64,000 nt of DNA. Origin: Minisyncoccota bacterium. GTDB lineage: Bacteria; Patescibacteriota; Minisyncoccia; Phycocordibacterales; UBA1006. Location of the stretch: positions 603,373 to 667,372 of the forward strand of contig DASWYC010000002.1 in the NCBI GenBank assembly GCA_036405175.1. Reading direction: 5' to 3'. This document shows positions 17,779 to 26,839 of the stretch, piece by piece. Under the pieces are notes generated by a model that had not been told where the DNA came from, did no database searches, and worked only from the letters and a program-made list of their open reading frames with translations. The translations under genes were made by a program, and so were the position numbers. The first letter of the stretch is position 1, and the number at the start of each line of letters is the position of its first letter.

Positions 17779-18039
17779 ATGCCAATTCTAGCATCAGGAA
17801 AAAAACGAAATCGCCAAAGCATTAAGCGTCGCGAGTCAAATGACAAGCGCCGTCGTGCAATGCGTGAAGCAGTTAAAGAGGTAAAAGATCTTACCAAATC
17901 AGCTGCATCAACCGCGGTTGAAAAACTTCCAAAAGCATTCAAGACTATCGACAAGGCTGCAAAGCAGGGAATCATCAACAAGAAAGCAGCAGCCCGCAAA
18001 AAGTCACGTCTTGCTAAAAAACTCGCAACAACTAAATAA
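17779..18039 (+). CDS. rpsT: 30S ribosomal protein S20
   Basis: 86 aa, very basic. KKRNRQSIKRRESNDKRRRAMREAVKE and AAKQGIINKKAAARKKSRLAKKL are typical of S20. Confidence 0.85.
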   Translation: MPILASGKKRNRQSIKRRESNDKRRRAMREAVKEVKDLTKSAASTAVEKLPKAFKTIDKAAKQGIINKKAAARKKSRLAKKLATTK

Positions 18040-18055
18040 GTTGCTGAGAATAGAA

Positions 18056-18088
18056 AAGAGTCGCACCGCCAGGTGCGACTCTTTTTAA
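18056..18088 (+). terminator. Rho-independent terminator
   Basis: agagtcgcacc-gcca-ggtgcgactct followed by ttttaatt. Confidence 0.8.
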
Positions 18089-18121
18089 TTTCTCACCATT
18101 GACTTAGTCCATGGCTGTATT

Positions 18122-18685
18122 ATGATGCAATTAATAAACCTTAAAATGATGATACAGACACTACTCTTTGTTACTTTAGTAATTTTATTATTGGCGTTTA
18201 TTTACTGGTATCTTATTGTAGAAATCAAAAAATATTTTATTCGCCAACAAGTAAATCTACTCGAAGCTCAAGATTCATTTATTGGGCTTACTCCTGAATA
18301 TATTAACCACTTAAGATTCCAAGAAGATAAAGCATTGGGTATCTTGGTTAATAAAAAGAAGATGTTACTTTTATTAATCTTTATTGCGGTTGTATTGCTA
18401 TCTCTTGCGGCATTCATAGCATTACCGTTAGTGGTAGATGATGCATTCAAGGTGATTAATCTCATTTCCAAATCTATTTACTGGAGTATTTGCGCAAGCA
18501 ACATACTAGCCTTTAGTGCTATTTATGATTATCATATTCGCAACTTTCCTCGCTATATGAAAGAAGGTGAGGTGAAGTATAACGAAATGCTTGAAAAAGC
18601 GGAGCAAGCCAAAAAACAAGTAAGTATGGAGTCGCTGTTTGGAAAGCCTTCCAAAAATGAAGATGAGGATCTGGCAGAGTTTTGA
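18122..18685 (+). CDS. Hypothetical membrane protein (187 aa)
   Basis: Three or four hydrophobic helices and an acidic C-terminus. Confidence 0.5.
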   Translation: MMQLINLKMMIQTLLFVTLVILLLAFIYWYLIVEIKKYFIRQQVNLLEAQDSFIGLTPEYINHLRFQEDKALGILVNKKKMLLLLIFIAVVLLSLAAFIALPLVVDDAFKVINLISKSIYWSICASNILAFSAIYDYHIRNFPRYMKEGEVKYNEMLEKAEQAKKQVSMESLFGKPSKNEDEDLAEF

Positions 18686-18765
18686 TAGGGTGCATTGTAA
18701 GATGTGCCTTTTATCTTGCTCATTTTTTCATAAGTATGCTACGCTTACTTCATACTTATATAACG

Positions 18766-19452
18766 ATGAAATCTATGAATTCAGGAACTAAAGCAACCCT
18801 TATTACCGTGCTTGTACTTGCAGTATTGGTAGGGCTCTATTTTTATCTTACCCGTCCGGTGGCCACCTCGGATACACCCGTAACACCATCAGAAAATCTT
18901 GACACTACGAGCGCTACACAAAAGAAGCTCAATATTGTATCTGCAGAATCAAGCGCGCAATTTACCTTAAACGAAGATCTTCGCGGCAAAAAAACTAAAG
19001 TAATTGGAACTACCAATCAAATTGCCGGAGAAATTATTGTTGATACCAAAAATCCTGCAGAAATTACCATTGGAGAAATTAAAGTTGATGCTCGTACGCT
19101 TAAAACAGATAATGAGCAGCGCAATGGGGCTCTTGCCCGTTTTATCTTAAAGACCGAGGAGACTGGTAATGAATATATTACCTTTAAGTCAACTGCGGTG
19201 ACCGATGTGCCTGCAGTAATTACTCCAAATACTCCATTTAATTTTAGTGTTGTTGGATATTTGACCGTGCGCGGCTCAACCAAATTGGTAACCTTTGAGG
19301 CAACGGGTGTTTGGAAGGATGACAATTCATTTAGTGCAACGGCAAGTACTACCGTTGCATACGCTGATTTTGGATTGAGTATCCCTGATCTTCCATTCTT
19401 GGCAAACGTTGATAAAAATACCACCCTTACTGTTTCTGTGGTGGCACGATAA
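18766..19452 (+). CDS. YceI-family periplasmic protein, membrane-anchored
   Basis: Likely start is MKSMNSG at 18766; the track ORF starts upstream at 18682. N-terminal TM helix. YceI-like beta-rich domain (SAQFTLNEDLRG...TVRGSTKLVTFEATG...). Confidence 0.65.
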   Translation: MKSMNSGTKATLITVLVLAVLVGLYFYLTRPVATSDTPVTPSENLDTTSATQKKLNIVSAESSAQFTLNEDLRGKKTKVIGTTNQIAGEIIVDTKNPAEITIGEIKVDARTLKTDNEQRNGALARFILKTEETGNEYITFKSTAVTDVPAVITPNTPFNFSVVGYLTVRGSTKLVTFEATGVWKDDNSFSATASTTVAYADFGLSIPDLPFLANVDKNTTLTVSVVAR

Positions 19453-19471
19453 GTGTACGTTTTTAGAGAGA

Positions 19472-19510
19472 AAATGCCGGGCGCCCCAAAAGGGCGCCCG
19501 GCATTTTCCA
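19472..19510 (+). terminator. Rho-independent terminator
   Basis: aaatgccgggcgccc-caaaa-gggcgcccggcattt followed by tcc. A second small hairpin ccttc-cacgac-gaagg follows it. Confidence 0.8.
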
Positions 19511-19705
19511 TTCAATACAAGCAAAAAACCTTCCACGACGAAGGCCTTTTGGGCAGCCATCTTCATATGTCCCATATGTCGATGGCTCGGACTAGTATAA
19601 AGAGGAGCTCCTCAAGAATTTCTCAAGATGCCACCAAGGGAAAAATAACCAATTTGTTTGACACCCCTAGCGATATAAAAAACATGCGTGATATACTGAC
19701 CGCAT

Positions 19706-20449
19706 ATGACCACCGCCTATACTTTTGCTAGCCATGACATGCTGTTGGATGAAATTCCATTTGGCATCAATAAAACGTATACATTTAAAATTAAGGATAT
19801 GCCTGACGAGGATAAACCTCGTGAAAAAATGATTCGCAGCGGAGCAGGCGCACTTTCTGCTGCAGAGCTTGTTGCCGTGCTCCTTAATACGGGAACCAAA
19901 AAAGAAGATGTGATGAGTATGGCGTCGCGCATTGTTAAAGAATATGGTGAACGAACATTGGTGGGACACACTAATCCAACCAAGTTAGCAGAAGATTTGG
20001 ATATTCCATTAGCAAAAGCCTTTCAGGTTGTGGCATCGGCTGAACTTGGTCGTCGCTTTTATGCACAACGTGAACATGGGTTGATAACTATTCGCACTGC
20101 TAAAGATGTATTTGAATATCTTCATGGCATGAGAGCTCTTCCTAAAGAACATGTTCGCGGACTCTATCTTAATACGCATCATCAAATCATTCATGATGAG
20201 GTAATCTCTATTGGAACTATTAACAGCAATCTTATTCATCCACGAGAGGTGTTTAAACCTGCTATTGAGTACGCGGCAGTTGCGGTAATTTTGGCACACA
20301 ATCATCCGTCAGGAATTGTGACACCAAGCAAGGCTGATATTGAAATTACCCAGCATTTGGTAGCAGCAGGTAAGATGATCGGAGTACCTCTGGTGGATCA
20401 TGTGGTCGTTACTAAAGATAACTTTATGAGTATTGATGTTGATTATTAA
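19706..20449 (+). CDS. radC: RadC-like JAB-domain protein (UPF0758)
   Basis: HNHPSG JAMM motif, PREKM and ELVAVLLNTG N-terminal motifs, and VPLVDHVVV C-terminus. Confidence 0.8.
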   Translation: MTTAYTFASHDMLLDEIPFGINKTYTFKIKDMPDEDKPREKMIRSGAGALSAAELVAVLLNTGTKKEDVMSMASRIVKEYGERTLVGHTNPTKLAEDLDIPLAKAFQVVASAELGRRFYAQREHGLITIRTAKDVFEYLHGMRALPKEHVRGLYLNTHHQIIHDEVISIGTINSNLIHPREVFKPAIEYAAVAVILAHNHPSGIVTPSKADIEITQHLVAAGKMIGVPLVDHVVVTKDNFMSIDVDY

Positions 20450-20450
20450 T

Positions 20451-20747
20451 ATGAATACAATTCCAAAAGTATATAACCTGTCTGCATATATTGGATTTAT
20501 TAGCACCGATGGTGTTCCTCAACCGGTGTCGCCCATGGCATCATTTATGCTCCGCGATGCAGCTTCAGAAAAGACCCTTCAATTGGTAGATCATTATCAC
20601 GATCTGTACCAGCTCTTTTTACGAGAGTTTGCAGAACTTGGATACGATACGATTTCAAGTGCTGAACGTGAGACACGTCTCCAAAAGATTCTTGAACAGA
20701 TCTTTGAAGTACGCAGAATGCTTGAGGCTGAATCAATTCAAGCGTAA
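20451..20747 (+). CDS. Hypothetical small protein (98 aa)
   Basis: ATG 2 nt after the radC stop. The track ORF begins at 20433, overlapping radC. Confidence 0.45.
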   Translation: MNTIPKVYNLSAYIGFISTDGVPQPVSPMASFMLRDAASEKTLQLVDHYHDLYQLFLREFAELGYDTISSAERETRLQKILEQIFEVRRMLEAESIQA

Positions 20748-20809
20748 TTCCAACAGAAAAGCCACAGTAGTTTGTGGCTTTTCTGTTGTTTGAGGGGGTA
20801 AGGAAAATA

Positions 20810-20839
20810 TTGACATGGTATATAAATTATGATATAATA
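20810..20839 (+). promoter_or_regulatory. Promoter TTGACA-N18-TATAAT with an extended conserved block shared with the promoter at 2768
   Basis: ttgaca 20810..20815, tataat 20834..20839. The sequence attatgatataatatata...aaattttt is shared with 2783..2810. Confidence 0.55.
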
Positions 20840-20886
20840 TATAAGAAATTTTTAATAAAACAACTAAACACCCGTAGGGTACTACA

Positions 20887-21954
20887 ATGTTAAAACTCAA
20901 AACAATTTGCACAGTCATAATTGCTGTGATTATTTTTTCTTGTAAAAATAATAAATCTCAAGAGCCGGAAGAATCAAAAACACTCTCTCTGAATGAAATT
21001 TATTATGAGTTGGTCGAAAGTGAAGGAATGGGCGAACGCAAATACCTAAGCTTATACGATACACTTGCTTTGTTGAAAAAAGATTCTGCTAAGATAATTT
21101 TAACAGAAAAACTTATTGCCTCCCATTATGACTTTGCTAATATAAGTATCTTTTGGACGCATGTAAATCTTACATATCTAAAAAGTCGTCCAGACTTTAT
21201 GGTGTGCTTTAAAGATGGATTAAGCAAAATGCCACTCGAAAAGAGTCGCGAATTTCTTGAGTTTTGCACTAACGAAAAAGACTTTTTGGAAAGAGTAAAA
21301 TATCCTGAAAAACTTCTTAATGGAGCCAACTTTTATCTTGATTTATTGCAACAAAGAGGAGACGCTGAGTTGCGACAAATGTATGTAGGTGTATTTCTTG
21401 AAAGCGTCTCCGATCGAGATATTGTTAAGGAGTATAAGAATGATGGGTATGAAACAACAGGCAATATGGGCCTTCTTGTTGAGTCGGGAAATAGCCTAAG
21501 GATGAAGAGAGTTTTTAGTAAGTTGTCGGGCAATGAATTAATGAAGCTATTCTACGCACAAACCGATTCGACGACTCAAGGTGTTTGTATGGACATTGTA
21601 AGGAAATATCCTATTACCTCAATCAACCCCTCTTACATTCTTGAAACAGCAGCTCTCAAAAAGAATCTTTCTTTTAAGAGAATCCGTTCTTTGGTTGCAA
21701 ATTATGGAGCCTATAATGTAGATGACATAATCACAGTTATCGGTTATGATCCGGGCGATGAACCAAATGATCCTCGAGAAAATAAGGATCGCATACTGGA
21801 CGATGGCTTCATAAAGTCTTTAAAGAAAAAACTTATTTCTACTGTAAAGACTGTTGAGGATTATGAAACAGTTAGGCATTACTTTGTAGAAAATGAGGAA
21901 AACTTCTACCTTGACCTTCTAAGGGAAGAGAAGGCAAAAATGAGTTTAAAGTAG
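20887..21954 (+). CDS. Putative lipoprotein (355 aa)
   Basis: Signal peptide with lipobox-like IIFSC followed by KNNKSQEPEE. The rest is a soluble domain without recognisable motifs. Confidence 0.6.
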   Translation: MLKLKTICTVIIAVIIFSCKNNKSQEPEESKTLSLNEIYYELVESEGMGERKYLSLYDTLALLKKDSAKIILTEKLIASHYDFANISIFWTHVNLTYLKSRPDFMVCFKDGLSKMPLEKSREFLEFCTNEKDFLERVKYPEKLLNGANFYLDLLQQRGDAELRQMYVGVFLESVSDRDIVKEYKNDGYETTGNMGLLVESGNSLRMKRVFSKLSGNELMKLFYAQTDSTTQGVCMDIVRKYPITSINPSYILETAALKKNLSFKRIRSLVANYGAYNVDDIITVIGYDPGDEPNDPRENKDRILDDGFIKSLKKKLISTVKTVEDYETVRHYFVENEENFYLDLLREEKAKMSLK

Positions 21955-21976
21955 GTTCTTTAGTTTTTAATTAATA

Positions 21977-22005
21977 AAAGCTGTATCGGGTGATACAGCT
22001 TTTAT
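21977..22005 (+). terminator. Rho-independent terminator
   Basis: aaagctgtatc-gggt-gatacagcttt followed by tatcg. Confidence 0.7.
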
Positions 22006-22030
22006 CGTGTGCTCTCGCTAGGAATCGAAC

Positions 22031-22102
22031 CTAGATCACGGGTACCGCAAACCCGCGTTCTATCCATTGAACTACGAAAGCAGTAGTGAAATAATACCAT
22101 AT
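22031..22102 (-). tRNA. tRNA-Arg (anticodon reads GCG by hand parse)
   Basis: Reverse complement: acceptor gctttcg/cgagagc, D-arm gttc-aatggata-gaac, anticodon stem cgggt/acccg with loop ttgcggt, T-arm ctagg-ttcgatt-cctag. Confidence 0.65.
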
Positions 22103-22158
22103 TTAACCATTCTTTCAAGTTTAGCTCATGCAAAAACAGCCCTTCCGACTGTTTTGTT

Positions 22159-22677
22159 TTAGTACCCCAATCGCTCCAAAAAGATCGTAATTGCTGACTC
22201 TTTAATTTCTTCCATTGGAATATATTCAGCAAGAATATGAGCGATTTCTTCCGGGTCTACCTCTGGTGCAATGGGGACAATAGCAATTCCATCAAATTCA
22301 AGCGGGGTTTTTAGGAGAAGGTGATGAATACCTGCATTAGTGGTAATCATCCAAAAATGATCAATCTTTTCATATGGAAAGGCTTCGTGCCCACAGCGAA
22401 CACCTTTATCTGAAATACTAATGGTTATCACCCCCGGCTTCTTTTGTGAAAAGTATGCAAAAAGTCCACCCACCAACACACAAATAATTGCAAAAAGAGG
22501 ATTATCCAAAACAAGCGACAAAACCACTCCGGCTACGGTTACGGCTCCAATTCCAATAAACCATTCCTTGGGGCTTTCTACGTAAGTGAACTCTTCGGCT
22601 TGATAGGTGAGGAGGATGTCTTCATGTTGCATAAGCGTCAAACTTTGATATAGTGTATCATGTAATTTGTACATCAA
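22159..22677 (-). CDS. Hypothetical membrane protein (172 aa)
   Basis: Two central hydrophobic helices. Lies between two tRNA genes. Confidence 0.5.
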   Translation of the reverse strand: MMYKLHDTLYQSLTLMQHEDILLTYQAEEFTYVESPKEWFIGIGAVTVAGVVLSLVLDNPLFAIICVLVGGLFAYFSQKKPGVITISISDKGVRCGHEAFPYEKIDHFWMITTNAGIHHLLLKTPLEFDGIAIVPIAPEVDPEEIAHILAEYIPMEEIKESAITIFLERLGY

Positions 22678-22731
22678 TCGAGGGAATTACCGGAATTTAG
22701 CCGCTAGACTAAACGAGAATCAAATACATTT

Positions 22732-22818
22732 GGAGGAGTGGCAGAGTGGTCGATTGCACCTGTCTTGAAAACAGGAGACCGGGGAACCGGTCCGTGAGTT
22801 CGAATCTCACCTCCTCCG
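22732..22818 (+). tRNA. tRNA-Ser (anticodon TGA), type II with long variable arm
   Basis: Acceptor ggaggag/ctcctcc, anticodon stem cctgt/acagg with loop cttgaaa, variable arm agaccggggaaccggtcc, T-arm gtgag-ttcgaat-ctcac. Confidence 0.85.
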
Positions 22819-22846
22819 CACTAAAGAGATGCTATAAAATATTTAT

Positions 22847-23188
22847 ATGAGAAATCAATACATTGGTAAATGGAAGGAATGTGGTTGGCAAGAAATCAAT
22901 TTAGATTTTAATGTTGAAAACTTAAAGCTTTTATTAAAAGAAGGCTTGATTGTTTCAGGAGAATATACACATCAAGATATTGCTCAGTGGTGTAATCAGT
23001 ACACGATGTATTTTATAGAAAGAGAAATTCGTGAAGAGGGGTGTGGTGTCGCAGAAGACGTGAGTATGCAATGGGATTTATTTTTAACAAACAAGTATTC
23101 TCTTGAAGAACTACAAAGTTTAGACTTTTCAAAAGTAAGATTACCATCTGAATGGTTTGAAGAATGGATCAAAGAGCTTGAAAAATAA
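22847..23188 (+). CDS. Hypothetical small cytoplasmic protein (113 aa)
   Basis: ORF 28 nt after tRNA-Ser. W/E-rich. No recognisable domain. Confidence 0.45.
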   Translation: MRNQYIGKWKECGWQEINLDFNVENLKLLLKEGLIVSGEYTHQDIAQWCNQYTMYFIEREIREEGCGVAEDVSMQWDLFLTNKYSLEELQSLDFSKVRLPSEWFEEWIKELEK

Positions 23189-23202
23189 ATTATTATTAAA
23201 CT

Positions 23203-23592
23203 ATGAAAAAAGTATATCTAGCTGGTCAGCCAAATAAATATGAGAAGGATTGGAAAGAGGGATTTAAGAAACTTTCTGGTTTTGAATTTTATGACTGGGA
23301 ATTTGATTCAGATCAAACATCACCGGATACATTCTTTCCAGATGATTTACATGCTGTTAATAATGCTGATATTTTAATTGCAAATCCTGGTATCGCGCCA
23401 TCAGAATCAACATGGGTTGAGGTTGGGGCTTTTTATATGAAGAATACTCAACCTGGTAAATTTTGTGATCGGATAATAATTATTTGGCAAGAAGATCGTA
23501 GGCCAAAGTGGTCAATAGAATTTGTTAAAAAGGTAGGCAAGGTTGTTGGTTCGATTGAAGAGGCAATCAAAGAGCTTGCTTTACTCAAGTAA
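23203..23592 (+). CDS. Nucleoside 2-deoxyribosyltransferase-like small Rossmann protein (129 aa)
   Basis: MKKVYLAG N-terminus and STWVEVGAFY, resembling the Ntd/YtoQ fold with a catalytic Glu in an E.G.a motif. Confidence 0.4.
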   Translation: MKKVYLAGQPNKYEKDWKEGFKKLSGFEFYDWEFDSDQTSPDTFFPDDLHAVNNADILIANPGIAPSESTWVEVGAFYMKNTQPGKFCDRIIIIWQEDRRPKWSIEFVKKVGKVVGSIEEAIKELALLK

Positions 23593-23610
23593 GGCAATCA
23601 GATTAATTAT

Positions 23611-24099
23611 ATGAAGCTTGATATTGAAAAAATTGAAGACATTCTCTATCCTAGAAAGTTTAAGTTTTTTAGTGTAAGTACTCAAATTGTTGCAGTTGTT
23701 TTAATTTTTATTAGCTACACTATTCTTGCTTACTTGGATTATGAAAAGACGGGAACTATATTCGGACTTCCATTTAGAGCAGGAATTCTTTTTGTTCCTA
23801 TATTTGAAGAATTAATTTTTCGAGGTTGTATCTTGGTGGGACTTACTCGATACTATTCTGTTAAAAAATCAATCGTCATCTCGTCCCTTTTGTTTGGATT
23901 ATGGCATTTTAAAAACATTTTTGTTATGCCTATCGATGATGTTGTCTCTCAAATGCTATATGCGGGCTTAATCTTTGGTCCAATTGTTGCATATTTAACC
24001 CTTAGATTAAAAAGTATTTGGCCAGGAGTTATTCTTCATTATTTAAATAATATCTTAGCTCCACTTTTACCAATGATATGGCTTTTACTCCAAAAGTAA
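23611..24099 (+). CDS. CPBP-family (CAAX/Abi) intramembrane metalloprotease
   Basis: Motifs FEELIFRG, FGLWHF and HYLNN across four or five TM helices. Confidence 0.75.
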   Translation: MKLDIEKIEDILYPRKFKFFSVSTQIVAVVLIFISYTILAYLDYEKTGTIFGLPFRAGILFVPIFEELIFRGCILVGLTRYYSVKKSIVISSLLFGLWHFKNIFVMPIDDVVSQMLYAGLIFGPIVAYLTLRLKSIWPGVILHYLNNILAPLLPMIWLLLQK

Positions 24100-24621
24100 C
24101 GAATTTAATTTTCTCACAGTGTTTATATTTCTAATTGTTATCTGCTTGTAAACTTTACCCAAAATAACTTTTGGAACTTTGCTTTTTCCGTAATGCTTAC
24201 GTTCAATATTCCATACGAGTGCACCATTAGTGTAGATGAGCGTTTCAATATCTGGATTAATAGGAAACTCCTTGAGAATCTTTTTGCTATCAATTTCTGG
24301 CCACAAAAAAATTACATCCGTCTTTATTTCGGTGTTATTGATCCAATCTTCAGGGGTGGCCCTAGAAATTGCTTGAATATTTTTTGCACTGCGCACGAGT
24401 GCGGGGATTGACAGCTGGAAGTCTTTTGCAATTTCGGCTTCGATGGTTTTTGCCAATGTGTCTTCTGAGGATGCTTTGGTCTCAAAGATAACATTTCCAG
24501 AATTAATATAGGTACGTACATTTTCAAATCTAAGTGACTCAAACGTTTGTTTGAGTTTTTTCATGTCTACCTTATTTCCACCACCAACATTGATGCCTCT
24601 CAAAAGGGCTATATATATCAT
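24085..24621 (-). CDS. DUF1697-family protein
   Basis: MIYIALLRGINVGGGNKVDMKKLKQTFESLRFENVRTYINSGNVIFE matches the conserved N-terminus of this family. Confidence 0.65.
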   Translation of the reverse strand: MIYIALLRGINVGGGNKVDMKKLKQTFESLRFENVRTYINSGNVIFETKASSEDTLAKTIEAEIAKDFQLSIPALVRSAKNIQAISRATPEDWINNTEIKTDVIFLWPEIDSKKILKEFPINPDIETLIYTNGALVWNIERKHYGKSKVPKVILGKVYKQITIRNINTVRKLNSLLLE

Positions 24622-24716
24622 GAGAGCATTTTAACACCATAAAGAAGTTGGGCAAAACAAAACCCATCTTAATTAAAAATTAAGATGGGGTATGAGTAAT
24701 CGGAATTCAGATTTGT

Positions 24717-25211
24717 TTATTTCACAAGATTTTGAGATGCCCAGAGTAGAAAACTGAATTTTGAGCAATTTACTATGATTGGTAGCGATAGTGCTATTAT
24801 GAACCCAACCATTTTAGTTAAGGAGAACTTTTCTTCAAGGCTTTTTTTGAATAGCCAGGCAGCTGTATAAAAGATAAGTACAAACACAAGATTTAGAGTT
24901 TCTCCTTCTGTTAATGGAAACTTTCTATCTCCATAACGATCGGTGCTGTAATCATATATTGTCGTTTCATTGTAATAACTATGCCAAAACTCGTACACAA
25001 CTCCAGAGGGTGGGTTTTGAAGTTTTAGGATAGTTGTCTCGTAAGAGATGTTGTCTTCGTATGAAGAGGACTTTTTGCTTAGATGGAATGCGAACGAGGC
25101 AATAAATACTGCCGATGCAAACCAAACAAGCATTGTCCAATATAAGATATTCTCAAGTAATGTTAGACTTTTTTCTTCAGACGACGGAAGTGTTTCTACT
25201 AATGTTTCCAT
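24717..25211 (-). CDS. Hypothetical membrane protein (164 aa)
   Basis: Three or four hydrophobic helices. Divergent from rarA. Confidence 0.45.
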   Translation of the reverse strand: METLVETLPSSEEKSLTLLENILYWTMLVWFASAVFIASFAFHLSKKSSSYEDNISYETTILKLQNPPSGVVYEFWHSYYNETTIYDYSTDRYGDRKFPLTEGETLNLVFVLIFYTAAWLFKKSLEEKFSLTKMVGFIIALSLPIIVNCSKFSFLLWASQNLVK

Positions 25212-25242
25212 TTTGATTACAAATTATTAAAAGTGAATGATA

Positions 25243-25290
25243 AGTTTCTTTGAATCACCAAAAGGGAACTCAAAGAAACTTACAATTCTC
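25243..25290. repeat. Perfect 13-bp inverted repeat (taagtttctttga / tcaaagaaactta, 15-nt spacer) between divergent genes
   Basis: Read directly in the sequence. No gene lies upstream on either strand, so it is not a simple terminator. Confidence 0.5.
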
Positions 25291-25393
25291 TTAAAATCTA
25301 TGTTAAATAACGCTTTTCTATAATATTATAGCATATATATGATATATCGTCAATAATCAAGAATCTTATTAAAAATGAGCCTAATTTCCCAAT

Positions 25394-26560
25394 ATGTATA
25401 ATCTGACATACAATCAGCCTATGGAGCCGCTTGCATCGCAAATCCGTCCTCAAAACCTCAAAGAATATATTGGTCAACAGCATTTGGTTGGCATTGGTCA
25501 GCCGCTTGAAGTGGCTATTTCAAAGAAGCATCTCTTCTCATTTATTTTATGGGGCCCACCAGGGGTCGGAAAGACTACCTTGGCAAAGATTTATGCCGAA
25601 GCACTCAACGCGGATTATCATGAACTCTCCGCGGTGTCGGCGAGCAAGGATGATATTAGAAAGATTGTTGAGGCAGAGGCGGGACTCTTTGGTCCAAAGA
25701 TTTTATTCTTGGATGAGATTCATCGCTTTAATAAAGCACAGCAGGATTTTTTATTGCCGTTTGTTGAATCGGGCAAACTTACCCTCATTGGTGCAACAAC
25801 TGAAAATCCAAGCTTTGAAGTGATTCCTGCGCTATTGTCTCGTTGCAGGGTGTTTGTACTCAATGAATTTAATGATGAGGAGATGGCGCGTGTTCTTGAG
25901 CGCACTGGAATAGTGCTGGCTAATGATGCGCGTGATTGGTTGGTTGACATGGCAAATGGTGATGCTCGTCAGGCAATTACGATGATCGAAAACACTCAAC
26001 GGCTGTACGGCGATGTGACTTTGGAAGCGCTCAAAAACACTTTGCAGTCAAAACATCTTCGCTATGATAAAAAGGGTGAAGAGCATTACAATACTATTTC
26101 TGCTTTTATTAAAAGCATGCGTGCGAGTCAGCCAAATGCGGCGCTCTATTATTTGAATCGGATGATTGAAGCAGGGGAGGATGCAAAGTTTATTGCTCGT
26201 CGCATGGTGATTTTTGCATCAGAAGATATTGGTATGGAAGATCCTCATGCATTGGTATTGGCAAATGCAGTATTTAGAGCTGTTGAAACCGTTGGGTATC
26301 CGGAAGCGGGAATTAACTTAGGTCACGGTGTAGTGTATCTTTCAAAGGCACCAAAAAGCAAAGCAGCATATTATGCATACTTGGCGGCAAAAGCTGATGC
26401 TCAGCAGTTTGGTAATGCAAAGATTCCGATGAGTATTAGAAATGCGCCAACTAAATTGATGAAAGATTTGGGGTATGGAGAAGGATATGAAAAGTACACA
26501 GAAGAAGATTTGCTCCCAGATGAGTTAAAAGGAAAACAGTATTGGAAAGAAAGTGATTAA
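25394..26560 (+). CDS. rarA: Replication-associated recombination protein RarA/MgsA (AAA+)
   Basis: Walker A WGPPGVGKTT, Walker B ILFLDEIHRFNK, and the RarA C-terminal domain. Alternative start at 25421 (MEPLASQIRPQNL). TGTATAAT at 25395..25402 could be its -10. Confidence 0.8.
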   Translation: MYNLTYNQPMEPLASQIRPQNLKEYIGQQHLVGIGQPLEVAISKKHLFSFILWGPPGVGKTTLAKIYAEALNADYHELSAVSASKDDIRKIVEAEAGLFGPKILFLDEIHRFNKAQQDFLLPFVESGKLTLIGATTENPSFEVIPALLSRCRVFVLNEFNDEEMARVLERTGIVLANDARDWLVDMANGDARQAITMIENTQRLYGDVTLEALKNTLQSKHLRYDKKGEEHYNTISAFIKSMRASQPNAALYYLNRMIEAGEDAKFIARRMVIFASEDIGMEDPHALVLANAVFRAVETVGYPEAGINLGHGVVYLSKAPKSKAAYYAYLAAKADAQQFGNAKIPMSIRNAPTKLMKDLGYGEGYEKYTEEDLLPDELKGKQYWKESD

Positions 26561-26597
26561 GACGTGTTCACGAAGGCGAAAGATATATACTGATTAT

Positions 26598-26801
26598 ATG
26601 ATAACTATTGATGATATTAAAACATTGAATCCAGAGCTGAATGCTATTCTTAAAGAAATGTGGCGGATTGATAAAAAGATTAATGAACAGGAAGTCCTTT
26701 CTGATGAAGAGCAAGCTTTTTATGATCAACATCTGGAAACTATTGTTCAATACTATATAAAAAGTAGCGAGTACTGGAATTCGCGCAGCAAGCTAGTTTA
26801 A
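26598..26801 (+). CDS. Hypothetical small protein (67 aa from the ATG at 26598; the track ORF starts at 26553)
   Basis: ORF convergent with the AHSA1-like gene. A shared bidirectional terminator follows. Confidence 0.35.
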   Translation: MITIDDIKTLNPELNAILKEMWRIDKKINEQEVLSDEEQAFYDQHLETIVQYYIKSSEYWNSRSKLV

Positions 26802-26807
26802 AACACG

Positions 26808-26832
26808 GGTTCGTCCGTGCTTTAAACTAGAG
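26808..26832. terminator. Bidirectional terminator between convergent genes
   Basis: cacgg-gttcgtc-ccgtg flanked by ttaaaa and ctttaaa. Confidence 0.6.
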
Positions 26833-26839
26833 GTTGTTG

